64,000 bases of DNA from sequence record OY726582; one strand, 5' to 3'. Positions 33,233 through 40,864 of this stretch are shown here, in pieces. The translations under genes were made by a program, and so were the position numbers. Source of the stretch: Escherichia phage vB_Eco_NicPhage. Each line of letters begins with the position of its first letter. Position 1 is the first letter of the stretch. The notes under the pieces were generated by a model. The model was given only the letters and a program-made list of their open reading frames with translations, was not told where the DNA came from and made no database searches.

Positions 33233-33498
33233 TTGATGTCCTCGATTTTGGTTACGGTTCTATTATAAGCCACTTCATCTAGAAGCGATTTCAGCGTTTT
33301 CTGATAAGTTGTAATCCATTTACCGAGTCCTTCAACATAGTATTCTGAAATGTAGATGAACCCTTGTTCAACACACTCTTTAAATATTTCTGCGTCTTTT
33401 ACTGAACGAAACAATGGTCAGTCTCGAAAGAACATGTTAACGTGACCGTAGTCACGTGTGGTATTTTTGCCATCTGTAATATCATGAACTACAAACAT
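33229..33498 (-). pseudogene. small early ORF interrupted by an in-frame TGA (opal) codon
   Basis: ATG at 33498, 26 codons, TGA at 33418-33420, then 62 further sense codons in the same frame to 33229; the downstream part has no ATG (track start is TTG). Confidence 0.45.
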
Positions 33499-33507
33499 AA
33501 TTAACCC

Positions 33508-34332
33508 TTAACAATTTATAGACCAAGTCCATTTAGACGAATCTAAAGGAAAGTTTTGAATCGTCCACCACGGCTGCATATCAGTTGGTCCTGGGGTTCG
33601 CCAGGTATATGGAGTACGTGTTGTCGAGGGGCCACCAATTTGATTGGGCCATGCACCTGGACTTGTTGCACCAGATTCTTTAAGCAAATCCGCCAATCGT
33701 TTTAAAAGGTCTTCACGATCTGAATCTGAATTATTCTTAGGCAGAACCAAACGAGATTCAATATCATCCCACGTGTGTACACGTTGTGCAGTACGAGGAA
33801 TGGCATCACGTTCACCACGAGCCAACCAATAAATCGGTACATTAAGAATTTCTGCCGCATGGTCACAATGATGAGCTAAATCGTCAACGTAACAAATTAC
33901 GTTATATTTTGTTTTAGCTAGTTCGAATAATTGTTCCTTTGAAGAATCATGACCACACATCATTACTTCAGAGAAAGCGCCTGGGAACAAAGCATTCAAA
34001 TTAAATTGTCTATTCAATCGAGCATCAATTGAATCACCTAGCGCCGTCACGGCTACAAAATTATAGTCTTCTTTTAGTTTATTGATAACTCGAAGAGCAT
34101 CAGAATAAGGCGCTAAGTAACGAATAAAATCAGAGCTATTATATTTTTCTATTAATTGTTTACCAAGGTTATCGTCGGTATTGAACAGTTTACCAGGAGA
34201 AATAAATTTTTCGTCCTGAATCATTTTTAAAATATGTTCTAATGGAAGGTTATATTTTTGGGCAAAATAAGGAAGTCCAGATTGCCAGCTTAAACATACA
34301 CCATCAATATCAGTCAAAATAGTAGGCTTCAT
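33508..34332 (-). CDS. HAD-superfamily hydrolase-like protein (T4 30.2-like position)
   Basis: 274-aa ORF; N-terminal ILTDIDGV (HAD motif I) and YVDDLAHH (motif IV-like); unusual Trp/Pro-rich C-terminal tail. Confidence 0.5.
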   Translation of the reverse strand: MKPTILTDIDGVCLSWQSGLPYFAQKYNLPLEHILKMIQDEKFISPGKLFNTDDNLGKQLIEKYNSSDFIRYLAPYSDALRVINKLKEDYNFVAVTALGDSIDARLNRQFNLNALFPGAFSEVMMCGHDSSKEQLFELAKTKYNVICYVDDLAHHCDHAAEILNVPIYWLARGERDAIPRTAQRVHTWDDIESRLVLPKNNSDSDREDLLKRLADLLKESGATSPGAWPNQIGGPSTTRTPYTWRTPGPTDMQPWWTIQNFPLDSSKWTWSINC

Positions 34333-34796
34333 AAAGAGTCTCTTAATAGGTTTAACACGTCAATAAATTCATCTTCAGTTAGTATTGTATCATCTTTTGT
34401 TAGGTGGCTGGCCATGCTGTGCTTCAAAATTTTTCCTTTAGAGGCTTGTAAGGCATCACGAAACCCCTTGTTTTGGATCGCGGCTTCAAAATATGCATTT
34501 GTGTATAATTCTTTCCACGCTTCGGAGTATCTTGAAAATGGAACTCCTAACCAGAAGAGAGTCCCACGGTCCTGAGCTCTTGCGTAAGACCTTCCAGCTT
34601 GCTGTGCGGCCAGTCCTGACAGCCCAAATATACGTCTTTGTTGTTCAACATTTTTCACCTTACATCCTTGGAGAAATCCTTCAAGACCTCCGAATTGAAT
34701 ACCATCCATAACAAAAGGCCATTGAGCAAAGTTACTTAATGCACATGACGGCCATTTGAAATTACTTCTTATTTCTAATTCAGACATCTTTAACAC
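34329..34796 (-). CDS. NADAR/YbiA-like (DUF1768) protein (T4 30.3-like position)
   Basis: 155-aa ORF; SNFAQWPF...DG...F.S.EGFLQ motif block aligns with E. coli YbiA DFSNFAAWPIKVDGKTWPTSEHYFQ. Confidence 0.6.
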   Translation of the reverse strand: MLKMSELEIRSNFKWPSCALSNFAQWPFVMDGIQFGGLEGFLQGCKVKNVEQQRRIFGLSGLAAQQAGRSYARAQDRGTLFWLGVPFSRYSEAWKELYTNAYFEAAIQNKGFRDALQASKGKILKHSMASHLTKDDTILTEDEFIDVLNLLRDSL

Positions 34797-34998
34797 TTAT
34801 AATTTCAACATCAGCCCAATGTCCGTATCCAGGTATACGGTCTTCGATAGATAAATTTCTGTCATTTTTAGGCATTTTAATTGACGTAACGTATGGTTCT
34901 AAACGGTTTTCCGCGTAATATGGAAAAACGTCGGTTACACGATAAGTAACTTCAATCATTTCCGTACCAAACAATTTCTGGATTAATTTATTCAACAT
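34780..34998 (-). CDS. hypothetical protein
   Basis: 72-aa ORF with ATG start, in the co-directional early cluster. Confidence 0.4.
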   Translation of the reverse strand: MLNKLIQKLFGTEMIEVTYRVTDVFPYYAENRLEPYVTSIKMPKNDRNLSIEDRIPGYGHWADVEIISVKDV

Positions 34999-35185
34999 GT
35001 TTCAACCCTTTAATAGGAGATAACTCTTTACCCATACGTATGTCAGAAGTCCCATCAACCCATTGAACAGCATACGCTTCATTGATAATTCCAACGGCAG
35101 TTTTAAATTCTTTGAGAACTTTAAAAATCATCCCAGGGATTCCAACACCTTTTAATTGGACTGTTTGTGCTATTAAAAATTTCAT
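34988..35185 (-). CDS. hypothetical protein
   Basis: 65-aa ORF with ATG start, in the co-directional early cluster. Confidence 0.4.
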   Translation of the reverse strand: MKFLIAQTVQLKGVGIPGMIFKVLKEFKTAVGIINEAYAVQWVDGTSDIRMGKELSPIKGLKHVE

Positions 35186-35239
35186 ATTTTTCCACTTACT
35201 AAAGAAATCATTATACTCTAATCCGTCCTTGGATGTACA

Positions 35240-35854
35240 CTACTTAATGAAATTAATTTCTACCGGATGAACAACAGGTTGAGCAGTGATATATTGAGTA
35301 ATTGCTTTCATGACTAGAGCTTCAGAACCAGGATTTTTCTCAACGAATTCACGTGCTAGGTTATGAGCTTCGAGTTCACTCAATAAACCGGAACGCTGGC
35401 ATCGGCGGTCTTGAGTACCCTGTTCAGATAAAAGGACTACTACATATTTTTCATCGTCGTAGGGCTTAGCCAGTTGAGCAAATGTTCCTTTACTTCCAAA
35501 AGGAGAGTTATGTCGCCACATCACGCCGTGAGGAGTTTCAACCTTCGTATATTCGTGCGGTCCATTTTTCTTAGTTTCTTGATGTGGAACTTCATAGACC
35601 TTAGGGTTAGGACATTCAATAAAATGCTCATCTAAATCGGTCGAGAATATTAAAGTAAAACAATTACTGAATTTACCAACACCGGCCTGATAAATTTTAC
35701 CTTCAGAAGTTCTAATTTCACAAACTGAGCCGGCATCAGTAACTTCTAAAACTTCAAAAGGCTCAATAAGGTCATATGAGAACATGTTTTTAAGGCGTGG
35801 AGTAATATCCCCATTTTTAAAATTCATTTTATAAAAAGTATTAACTTTAAACAT
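35240..35854 (-). CDS. hypothetical protein
   Basis: Start placed at MFKVNTFY (GAGGA ribosome-binding site just after a hairpin); about 204 aa. Confidence 0.5.
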   Translation of the reverse strand: MFKVNTFYKMNFKNGDITPRLKNMFSYDLIEPFEVLEVTDAGSVCEIRTSEGKIYQAGVGKFSNCFTLIFSTDLDEHFIECPNPKVYEVPHQETKKNGPHEYTKVETPHGVMWRHNSPFGSKGTFAQLAKPYDDEKYVVVLLSEQGTQDRRCQRSGLLSELEAHNLAREFVEKNPGSEALVMKAITQYITAQPVVHPVEINFIK

Positions 35855-35889
35855 AATTTCCTCAGTGGGAGCCGAAGCTCCCAATTAAT

Positions 35890-36255
35890 TTAGATATCAA
35901 ATTCGTTAAGAACTACATCAAAGATTGCTTCGAGATGTTCAGGTTTAGCTCGGTTGCTCAGGATATGACGAATCCAAGTTTTAACCAGAAGTTTACGATT
36001 AACACCATTCCAGCAAGGATGAATACCTAAATCACGCTGACGGAAATCATCATCTAATGCAATTTTAAAATTTGAACCTTCCATCGTGATTGAAACCGTG
36101 ATACCATTTTCAAATCGCATATAAACGTAATTAGGAGTCATGCACTGTTCGATTTCACAAACTGTACCGTTTTCGTGTTTCCATAAGCAAATAACTTCAG
36201 AAGAACCAGCAATACCGTTAGAAACATATTTACGTTCGAAGTTGGTGTAGTTCAT
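35890..36255 (-). CDS. hypothetical protein
   Basis: 121-aa ORF preceded by an early promoter. Confidence 0.5.
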   Translation of the reverse strand: MNYTNFERKYVSNGIAGSSEVICLWKHENGTVCEIEQCMTPNYVYMRFENGITVSITMEGSNFKIALDDDFRQRDLGIHPCWNGVNRKLLVKTWIRHILSNRAKPEHLEAIFDVVLNEFDI

Positions 36256-36296
36256 TTTATTCTCCAGATGTTTAAGTTGTTTGTTGGTACAGGTCT

Positions 36297-36325
36297 ATAA
36301 TAACATAACCTGTACCAAAGTAAAC
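36297..36325 (-). promoter_or_regulatory. early sigma70-like promoter (-35 GTTTAC, 17 nt, -10 TATTAT) flanked by the inverted repeat GGTACAGG/CCTGTACC
   Basis: Minus-strand GTTTACtttggtacaggttatgtTATTATagacctgtacc upstream of the 36255 ATG. Confidence 0.5.
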
Positions 36326-36329
36326 TGTT

Positions 36330-36698
36330 TTATGCAACTTTAATCCAATTGTCTAAATTTAAAACACCTTTGGCTTTCATTTTTTCGATCAGGTTATCTG
36401 CTGTAATGCGTCCATTTTGATACCATGTAACATCTTCAGAGTAACCAGTTTCTTCGTCAACATATGTTTCTGAACGAATTTTACCGGTAATAATAGTTTT
36501 TAATTCATATGTGTCACCTGTGAAAAAGTTTGCTAACACAATTTTCCAAGAGAAATCATCTGAAGGACCTTCAGGGGTCATACAACCTACGAACTCAAAT
36601 TGCTCTTTGTATAACATCCACTGGAATTCTTTAATTTCGATAGCTTTATAACCGTCGTGGTCTTTACATTTGATGTATGAGTTCAGATTGATTTTCAT
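36330..36698 (-). CDS. hypothetical protein
   Basis: 122-aa ORF preceded by an early promoter. Confidence 0.5.
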   Translation of the reverse strand: MKINLNSYIKCKDHDGYKAIEIKEFQWMLYKEQFEFVGCMTPEGPSDDFSWKIVLANFFTGDTYELKTIITGKIRSETYVDEETGYSEDVTWYQNGRITADNLIEKMKAKGVLNLDNWIKVA

Positions 36699-36740
36699 TT
36701 TGTTCTCCGGTTTGTTTTATCGATTAGGTGGTACAAGTCT

Positions 36741-36769
36741 ATAGTAACACATCCTACAGGAGAGTAAAC
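36741..36769 (-). promoter_or_regulatory. early sigma70-like promoter (-35 GTTTAC, 17 nt, -10 TACTAT)
   Basis: Minus-strand GTTTACtctcctgtaggatgtgtTACTATagac, about 40 nt upstream of the 36698 ATG. Confidence 0.55.
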
Positions 36770-36796
36770 ATCTTTTTTAAACTTTTTCTGCCCTAA

Positions 36797-36824
36797 ACGC
36801 ACAAAAGGGAGACCGAAGTCTCCC
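36797..36824 (-). terminator. intrinsic terminator GGGAGAC-UUCG-GUCUCCC plus U-run (minus strand)
   Basis: Same 18-nt hairpin as at 12981, in minus orientation, followed by CTTTTGTGCGTTT. Confidence 0.7.
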
Positions 36825-36829
36825 TAAAA

Positions 36830-37009
36830 TTATGCAACAACCTTTCCAAAACGAGAAGCATCATCTCGAAGAACTGCACGTGCTCTGCGCATGATCTTCT
36901 CAACTGTTTGATTAATACGAGAGTTCGACCCACGCTTGTATCCAGCGCGTTTAGAGGTACCATCAACTTTCTTTTCAACTGCTTTCTTTGCTTTAGCTTG
37001 TTTTGCCAT
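36830..37009 (-). CDS. small lysine/arginine-rich protein, 59 aa (possible nucleic-acid binding)
   Basis: Own translation: MAKQAKAKKAVEKKVDGTSKRAGYKRGSNSRINQTVEKIMRRARAVLRDDASRFGKVVA; below the 60-aa cutoff of the ORF track; followed by the terminator. Confidence 0.4.
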   Translation of the reverse strand: MAKQAKAKKAVEKKVDGTSKRAGYKRGSNSRINQTVEKIMRRARAVLRDDASRFGKVVA

Positions 37010-37304
37010 TATAAATTCTCTTTAAATGAAAATGCAGGACTTATTGACATTGCCTGCGCAAGCCCTCAAGGGGAACATAGGTTTTGGATATTTAACGACA
37101 GGATAACCATAAACCCGTCATCATACCAACCACGACTTAGACAGATAACCTTTTTCTGACGCGTGATAGTACAAAATACATTCAAGAGGTACACCGTAAA
37201 ACTGCCGGGGCCTTAAAACTATAATGATTCGCAAATCATTAATCAGACAGTTCGACGGCTCCTCGATTTTCTAGCCGCACTTAAGGTAGCGAATCACCTA
37301 AAAC

Positions 37305-37553
37305 TTATTTAAGGGTAATAACAAAATGACGTACTGCTTTACGAGCTGCAGAAGCCAAAGGCTTAGCATATTTCAGTTCATCTTTTGCTTCCAGTTCAGA
37401 GGCCAAAGCTGCCTGTACCGGGTTCAGATGTTTGAAATAATGCAGGATTTCCAGTGCTTCGGCTTCAACATCAATCGACGCGCCGTAGTTTTCGTGACCG
37501 TTATTCCATGCGTTTCGTTGCAGTTCAAGAGCGTGTTGTAATTGTTTAATCAT
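37305..37553 (-). CDS. rIII: rIII lysis inhibition accessory protein
   Basis: 82-aa ORF (T4 rIII is 82 aa) immediately downstream of gene 31 as in T4. Confidence 0.7.
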   Translation of the reverse strand: MIKQLQHALELQRNAWNNGHENYGASIDVEAEALEILHYFKHLNPVQAALASELEAKDELKYAKPLASAARKAVRHFVITLK

Positions 37554-37669
37554 TTTAAATTCTCAATTCGAGATAATATTTAGTAGCCACGTTCGTCTGA
37601 ATTTCACCTTCTTTCGACAAGTCTCTCAGTTGTAGGCTACCGCTTAGAAGAGTGTTCTCTTCATATAGT

Positions 37670-37677
37670 TATTTATA
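37670..37677 (-). promoter_or_regulatory. possible late promoter TATAAATA (minus strand) upstream of rIII
   Basis: Plus-strand TATTTATA overlapping the gene 31 stop, about 120 nt upstream of the rIII ATG. Confidence 0.35.
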
Positions 37678-38010
37678 TCACTTATAAAGACACGGAATAG
37701 CTTTATAGTGGCATGTTACGAATTTCTGTTTAATTTCTTTAGGTTGTTTAAGTCCCAAAGCCACAAATGGATGTGGAACATTTCGAATTTGTCCAACTGG
37801 TAGTGGAGTCAAATCACCGACTTCAACAAAACCTTCAGGAACATCAGGACCTACAGAATGAACTACACATAGTTCAGGAACTTCACCTTGAACACGTTTA
37901 CCAATCACAAGTCCTGATTCGGTAACTTCTTCATCACCTGCTTGAGCGGGTTCAGAAACCAGAATGACATATTCACCAACAGCACGAATTGGGAGTTGTA
38001 CTTCAGACAT
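37678..38010 (-). CDS. 31: co-chaperonin gp31 (GroES-like, capsid folding)
   Basis: 110-aa ORF (T4 gp31 is 111 aa), Gly/Val-rich GroES-like composition, synteny with rIII and cd. Confidence 0.85.
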   Translation of the reverse strand: MSEVQLPIRAVGEYVILVSEPAQAGDEEVTESGLVIGKRVQGEVPELCVVHSVGPDVPEGFVEVGDLTPLPVGQIRNVPHPFVALGLKQPKEIKQKFVTCHYKAIPCLYK

Positions 38011-38067
38011 CTTATTTCCTTGTTGTTTGACGATAGATTAATAATACCATACTATTCGTAAAGCATA

Positions 38068-38376
38068 TTACATAAGAAGCAAACGTTCTACCGGAGTACC
38101 ATCAACCGAAATTACTTTATCAAGGCGGAAAGAACGCCACTGACCTAACTTGGTATCGAATGCTCGAACTGATTCACGAGGTTCAGAACGAACTTCTGAT
38201 GCCGGATTGTTATTTTCATATTTGACTTCAAGTTCATCGCGAGAAGCAAACATAGTGCGTACCTCACCGTTAGCCTTTTCAAATACAACACAATGAACGC
38301 CTACAGACAGAATAGTTTTAATACGTTCACGAAGAACCATAGTTTCTTGTTCAGTTAAAATCATATTATTCACCAC
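38068..38376 (-). CDS. hypothetical protein (31.1-like position)
   Basis: 102-aa ORF between cd and gene 31. Confidence 0.5.
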   Translation of the reverse strand: MVNNMILTEQETMVLRERIKTILSVGVHCVVFEKANGEVRTMFASRDELEVKYENNNPASEVRSEPRESVRAFDTKLGQWRSFRLDKVISVDGTPVERLLLM

Positions 38377-38947
38377 AAAAGTTTCGGATTTGTTCCCAAT
38401 TCAGAGAACGAAGATTATTACGAGAGTACTGAATTACTTCAATACCGGCTTGTTTTAGAATGTCTGCCCAATTTTCAGGAGATCGGTCGTATAATTCTGC
38501 ATATACAACCTTTTTAATACCTGACTGTGTAATAGCTTTAGTGCAATCAGGACACGGAGAAAGCGTCGTATATAACGTAGCACCTTCAATAGAATTACCT
38601 TTACGAGCTGCAAATAAAATTGCATTCAGTTCAGCATGGATTTCATTATTAGCAGACCATGCACTATGAGCGGCCCGATGTTCTTTAGCCAAAACAAAAT
38701 TATCCACCCGTCCAAATGCTGTAGTGCCTTCTTTATGCCCAGCAACGATGACCGGGCTTGGTTTATTCTTCAACCAACCGTTTTCGGATGCATGTTCGCA
38801 ACAGTTTGTACCACCTGAAGGAGAGCCATTATAACCTGTAGAAATAATGCGTCCATCTTTTTCAATGACGGCACCAACTTTCCATGAACAACATTTTGAT
38901 TCTTGAGAAATCAAATAAGCAATTTGAAGATATGTGCTAGCTTTCAT
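38366..38947 (-). CDS. cd: dCMP deaminase
   Basis: 193-aa ORF (T4 Cd is 193 aa) with zinc-binding deaminase motifs (HAE, PCxxC). Confidence 0.9.
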   Translation of the reverse strand: MKASTYLQIAYLISQESKCCSWKVGAVIEKDGRIISTGYNGSPSGGTNCCEHASENGWLKNKPSPVIVAGHKEGTTAFGRVDNFVLAKEHRAAHSAWSANNEIHAELNAILFAARKGNSIEGATLYTTLSPCPDCTKAITQSGIKKVVYAELYDRSPENWADILKQAGIEVIQYSRNNLRSLNWEQIRNFCGE

Positions 38948-39939
38948 TATTGAACCTTATTAATATAAGTTAACAGCTCTTTAGTTTGTTCCCAACTGAT
39001 GCACGCATCGGTAACGGAAACGCCATAGGACATATTATCAGAAATTTTTTGATTTCCTTCATGTAGGAATGATTCTATCATAATTCCTTTGACCAAATCA
39101 TTAGCTGCTAAATTTTTACCAATACCAATTTGATTGCTATAATGCCCAGCAGCGTTTGCATGGCTACAGTCAACCATTACATAATGATTCAGACCTACTG
39201 CACTTGCTTTGTTAGAAGCTTCTTGAATATCAGAAGAATGATAGTTCGGGCCGTTGGTCCCGCCACGCAATACGATATGCGTATTCTGATTACCTTCAGC
39301 TTCAACAATGCCTACAGTACCATCGACGTCCATACCCATATACCGATGAGGCCTGGCGGCACTATACATCGCGTCTGTAGCTACTTTAATAGAACCATTG
39401 GTTGCGTTCTTGAAGCCTACGCACATCGGTAGACCTGAAGCAATTTCACGATGTGTCTGACTTTCAGTCGTACGGGCGCCAATAGCAACCCATGAGAAAA
39501 TACCAGAAAGATACTTAATCGTGAATGGGTCTAATACTTCAGTTGCTAATGGAAGTCCCATACGTAGAAGTTTACGACACAATGTTCGTGCAACTATAAG
39601 ACCGTGGTTCATATCAAAACTTCCGTCAAGATATGGATCATTTACAAGACCTTTCCAACCTACGGTAGTTCGAGGCTTTTCAAAATAAACGCGCATCACT
39701 AACAGAACATTAGGAAGACGAGTTTGAAGTTCAGCTAGACGTTTGCCGTATTCAACAGCAGCAATAGGGTCATGAATTGAACAAGGACCTACAACAATAA
39801 GTTTGCGTGGGTCTTCACCGTTCATAATCGAATTAACTTGTTCGCGATGAGAAGCCACTTGTGATGCGTAAGCTTCCGACAAAGGAATAATCTCAGCCAG
39901 TTCTTTTGGAGAAATAAGTTTTCTGACGACAGGTAACAT
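38947..39939 (-). CDS. 3-deoxy-D-arabino-heptulosonate-7-phosphate (DAHP) synthase, class I-alpha (AroG/AroF/AroH-like)
   Basis: 330-aa ORF aligning along its length with remembered E. coli AroG (VVGPCSIHDP, MRVYFEKPRTTVGWKGL, AIGARTTESQ.HRE.ASGL, GFKN.T.G.IKVA, RGG..PNY, ESHL.EGNQ); stop overlaps the cd ATG (TAATG). Confidence 0.9.
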   Translation of the reverse strand: MLPVVRKLISPKELAEIIPLSEAYASQVASHREQVNSIMNGEDPRKLIVVGPCSIHDPIAAVEYGKRLAELQTRLPNVLLVMRVYFEKPRTTVGWKGLVNDPYLDGSFDMNHGLIVARTLCRKLLRMGLPLATEVLDPFTIKYLSGIFSWVAIGARTTESQTHREIASGLPMCVGFKNATNGSIKVATDAMYSAARPHRYMGMDVDGTVGIVEAEGNQNTHIVLRGGTNGPNYHSSDIQEASNKASAVGLNHYVMVDCSHANAAGHYSNQIGIGKNLAANDLVKGIMIESFLHEGNQKISDNMSYGVSVTDACISWEQTKELLTYINKVQ

Positions 39940-39947
39940 AACAATCC

Positions 39948-40073
39948 TTAGGAGATATAAACAGATTCTGATTCAACAATACCTTTAACCGGATTAGACA
40001 GGCTAAGTTGGTAGTGCTCAGATTTATGACCATTCTCGATAGTAATGAGATAGCTCTCATTATAGTGTTCCAT
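39948..40073 (-). CDS. hypothetical 41-aa peptide
   Basis: Own translation MEHYNESYLITIENGHKSEHYQLSLSNPVKGIVESESVYIS; ATG overlaps the 3' end of the upstream ORF; weak support. Confidence 0.3.
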   Translation of the reverse strand: MEHYNESYLITIENGHKSEHYQLSLSNPVKGIVESESVYIS

Positions 40074-40296
40074 ATACTCGAGTTGCTTCAACAAGACCAT
40101 CACTGCCTAATTTAAGATTAGTAATTTGGTCACCATCTTTAGGATTAACGATTATGAGAAAAGAACGTGGAGATTCTTGAATAACTCGTAATGTTGCATC
40201 TTGGAAACGTTCAGACACTTTATTGATGAGTGCTTGAGCAAATTCTTTTACTTTAATCTGAAATTCGTGTACTGTAATTGGGTTTTCACTTAGCAT
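40060..40296 (-). CDS. hypothetical protein
   Basis: 78-aa ORF with GAGGA ribosome-binding site and early promoter upstream. Confidence 0.45.
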   Translation of the reverse strand: MLSENPITVHEFQIKVKEFAQALINKVSERFQDATLRVIQESPRSFLIIVNPKDGDQITNLKLGSDGLVEATRVYGTL

Positions 40297-40334
40297 TTCT
40301 ATTTCCTCATTTGTTGGTAGAGTTATAGTATCAC

Positions 40335-40364
40335 AACTCCACCACGTTGTAAACCATTAAATTG
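40335..40364 (-). promoter_or_regulatory. early sigma70-like promoter (-35 GTTTAC, 18 nt, -10 TACTAT)
   Basis: Minus-strand GTTTACaacgtggtggagttgtgaTACTATaactc upstream of the 40296 ATG. Confidence 0.55.
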
Positions 40365-40632
40365 CTTTGCATTCAATTTTTTGTGTACCGAAATTGATAT
40401 CACATTGGATAACTAAATCGCCGTCAAGATCAAATACCACGATGACGTGTGCAGACCCAGGGAGAAGAGTAATAGCAATAGAATCTACTTGGTCTGGGAG
40501 CAAAGCATTGAGTACATGAGTTACTTGAGCATGAACTCTGAGTTCGGCTGCATTATCAAGCACTTCAAACATATTATTAGCAATAATCTGACTGAAGACT
40601 ACCTTTACAATTTCAGAATAAGTTGGGAACAT
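40357..40632 (-). CDS. hypothetical protein
   Basis: 91-aa ORF in the co-directional early gene array. Confidence 0.45.
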   Translation of the reverse strand: MFPTYSEIVKVVFSQIIANNMFEVLDNAAELRVHAQVTHVLNALLPDQVDSIAITLLPGSAHVIVVFDLDGDLVIQCDINFGTQKIECKAI

Positions 40633-40639
40633 AATTACC

Positions 40640-40864
40640 TCAGTGCACAGTATTTACTTTAACTCGAACAACAAATCGCTCGGTTGGATCACCTACAGGA
40701 ACAAACTCTACATGATATTCACCTTTGTAACGAGTATTCAGATCATTACGAATTCCTGCGAGTTTGTTGATTAATGTAGGACTCATATTAAGTCCCACTA
40801 GTTTACGAAGCATTTTGTATGCTTCATCTTCGATTTCATGATGTTTATCGTACATAGTTTTCAT
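40640..40864 (-). CDS. hypothetical protein
   Basis: 74-aa ORF in the co-directional early gene array. Confidence 0.45.
   Translation of the reverse strand: MKTMYDKHHEIEDEAYKMLRKLVGLNMSPTLINKLAGIRNDLNTRYKGEYHVEFVPVGDPTERFVVRVKVNTVH

Noticed and set aside
36908-37159. 83-aa plus-strand ORF in the rIII-downstream region
   Set aside because: Antisense to the 59-aa basic ORF and extending into non-coding DNA; Cys/Phe-rich junk-like translation; no ribosome-binding site.
37010-37304. tRNA gene in the long intergenic region
   Set aside because: No acceptor, D or T-arm cloverleaf pattern (no GTTCGAATC-type T-loop) could be assembled by eye; left as an unresolved non-coding region.
38947-39939. 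DAHP synthase as host contamination or chimeric assembly
   Set aside because: AT-rich composition like the flanking phage DNA, same strand as the neighbouring early genes, and a TAATG stop-start overlap with cd all indicate a resident phage gene.
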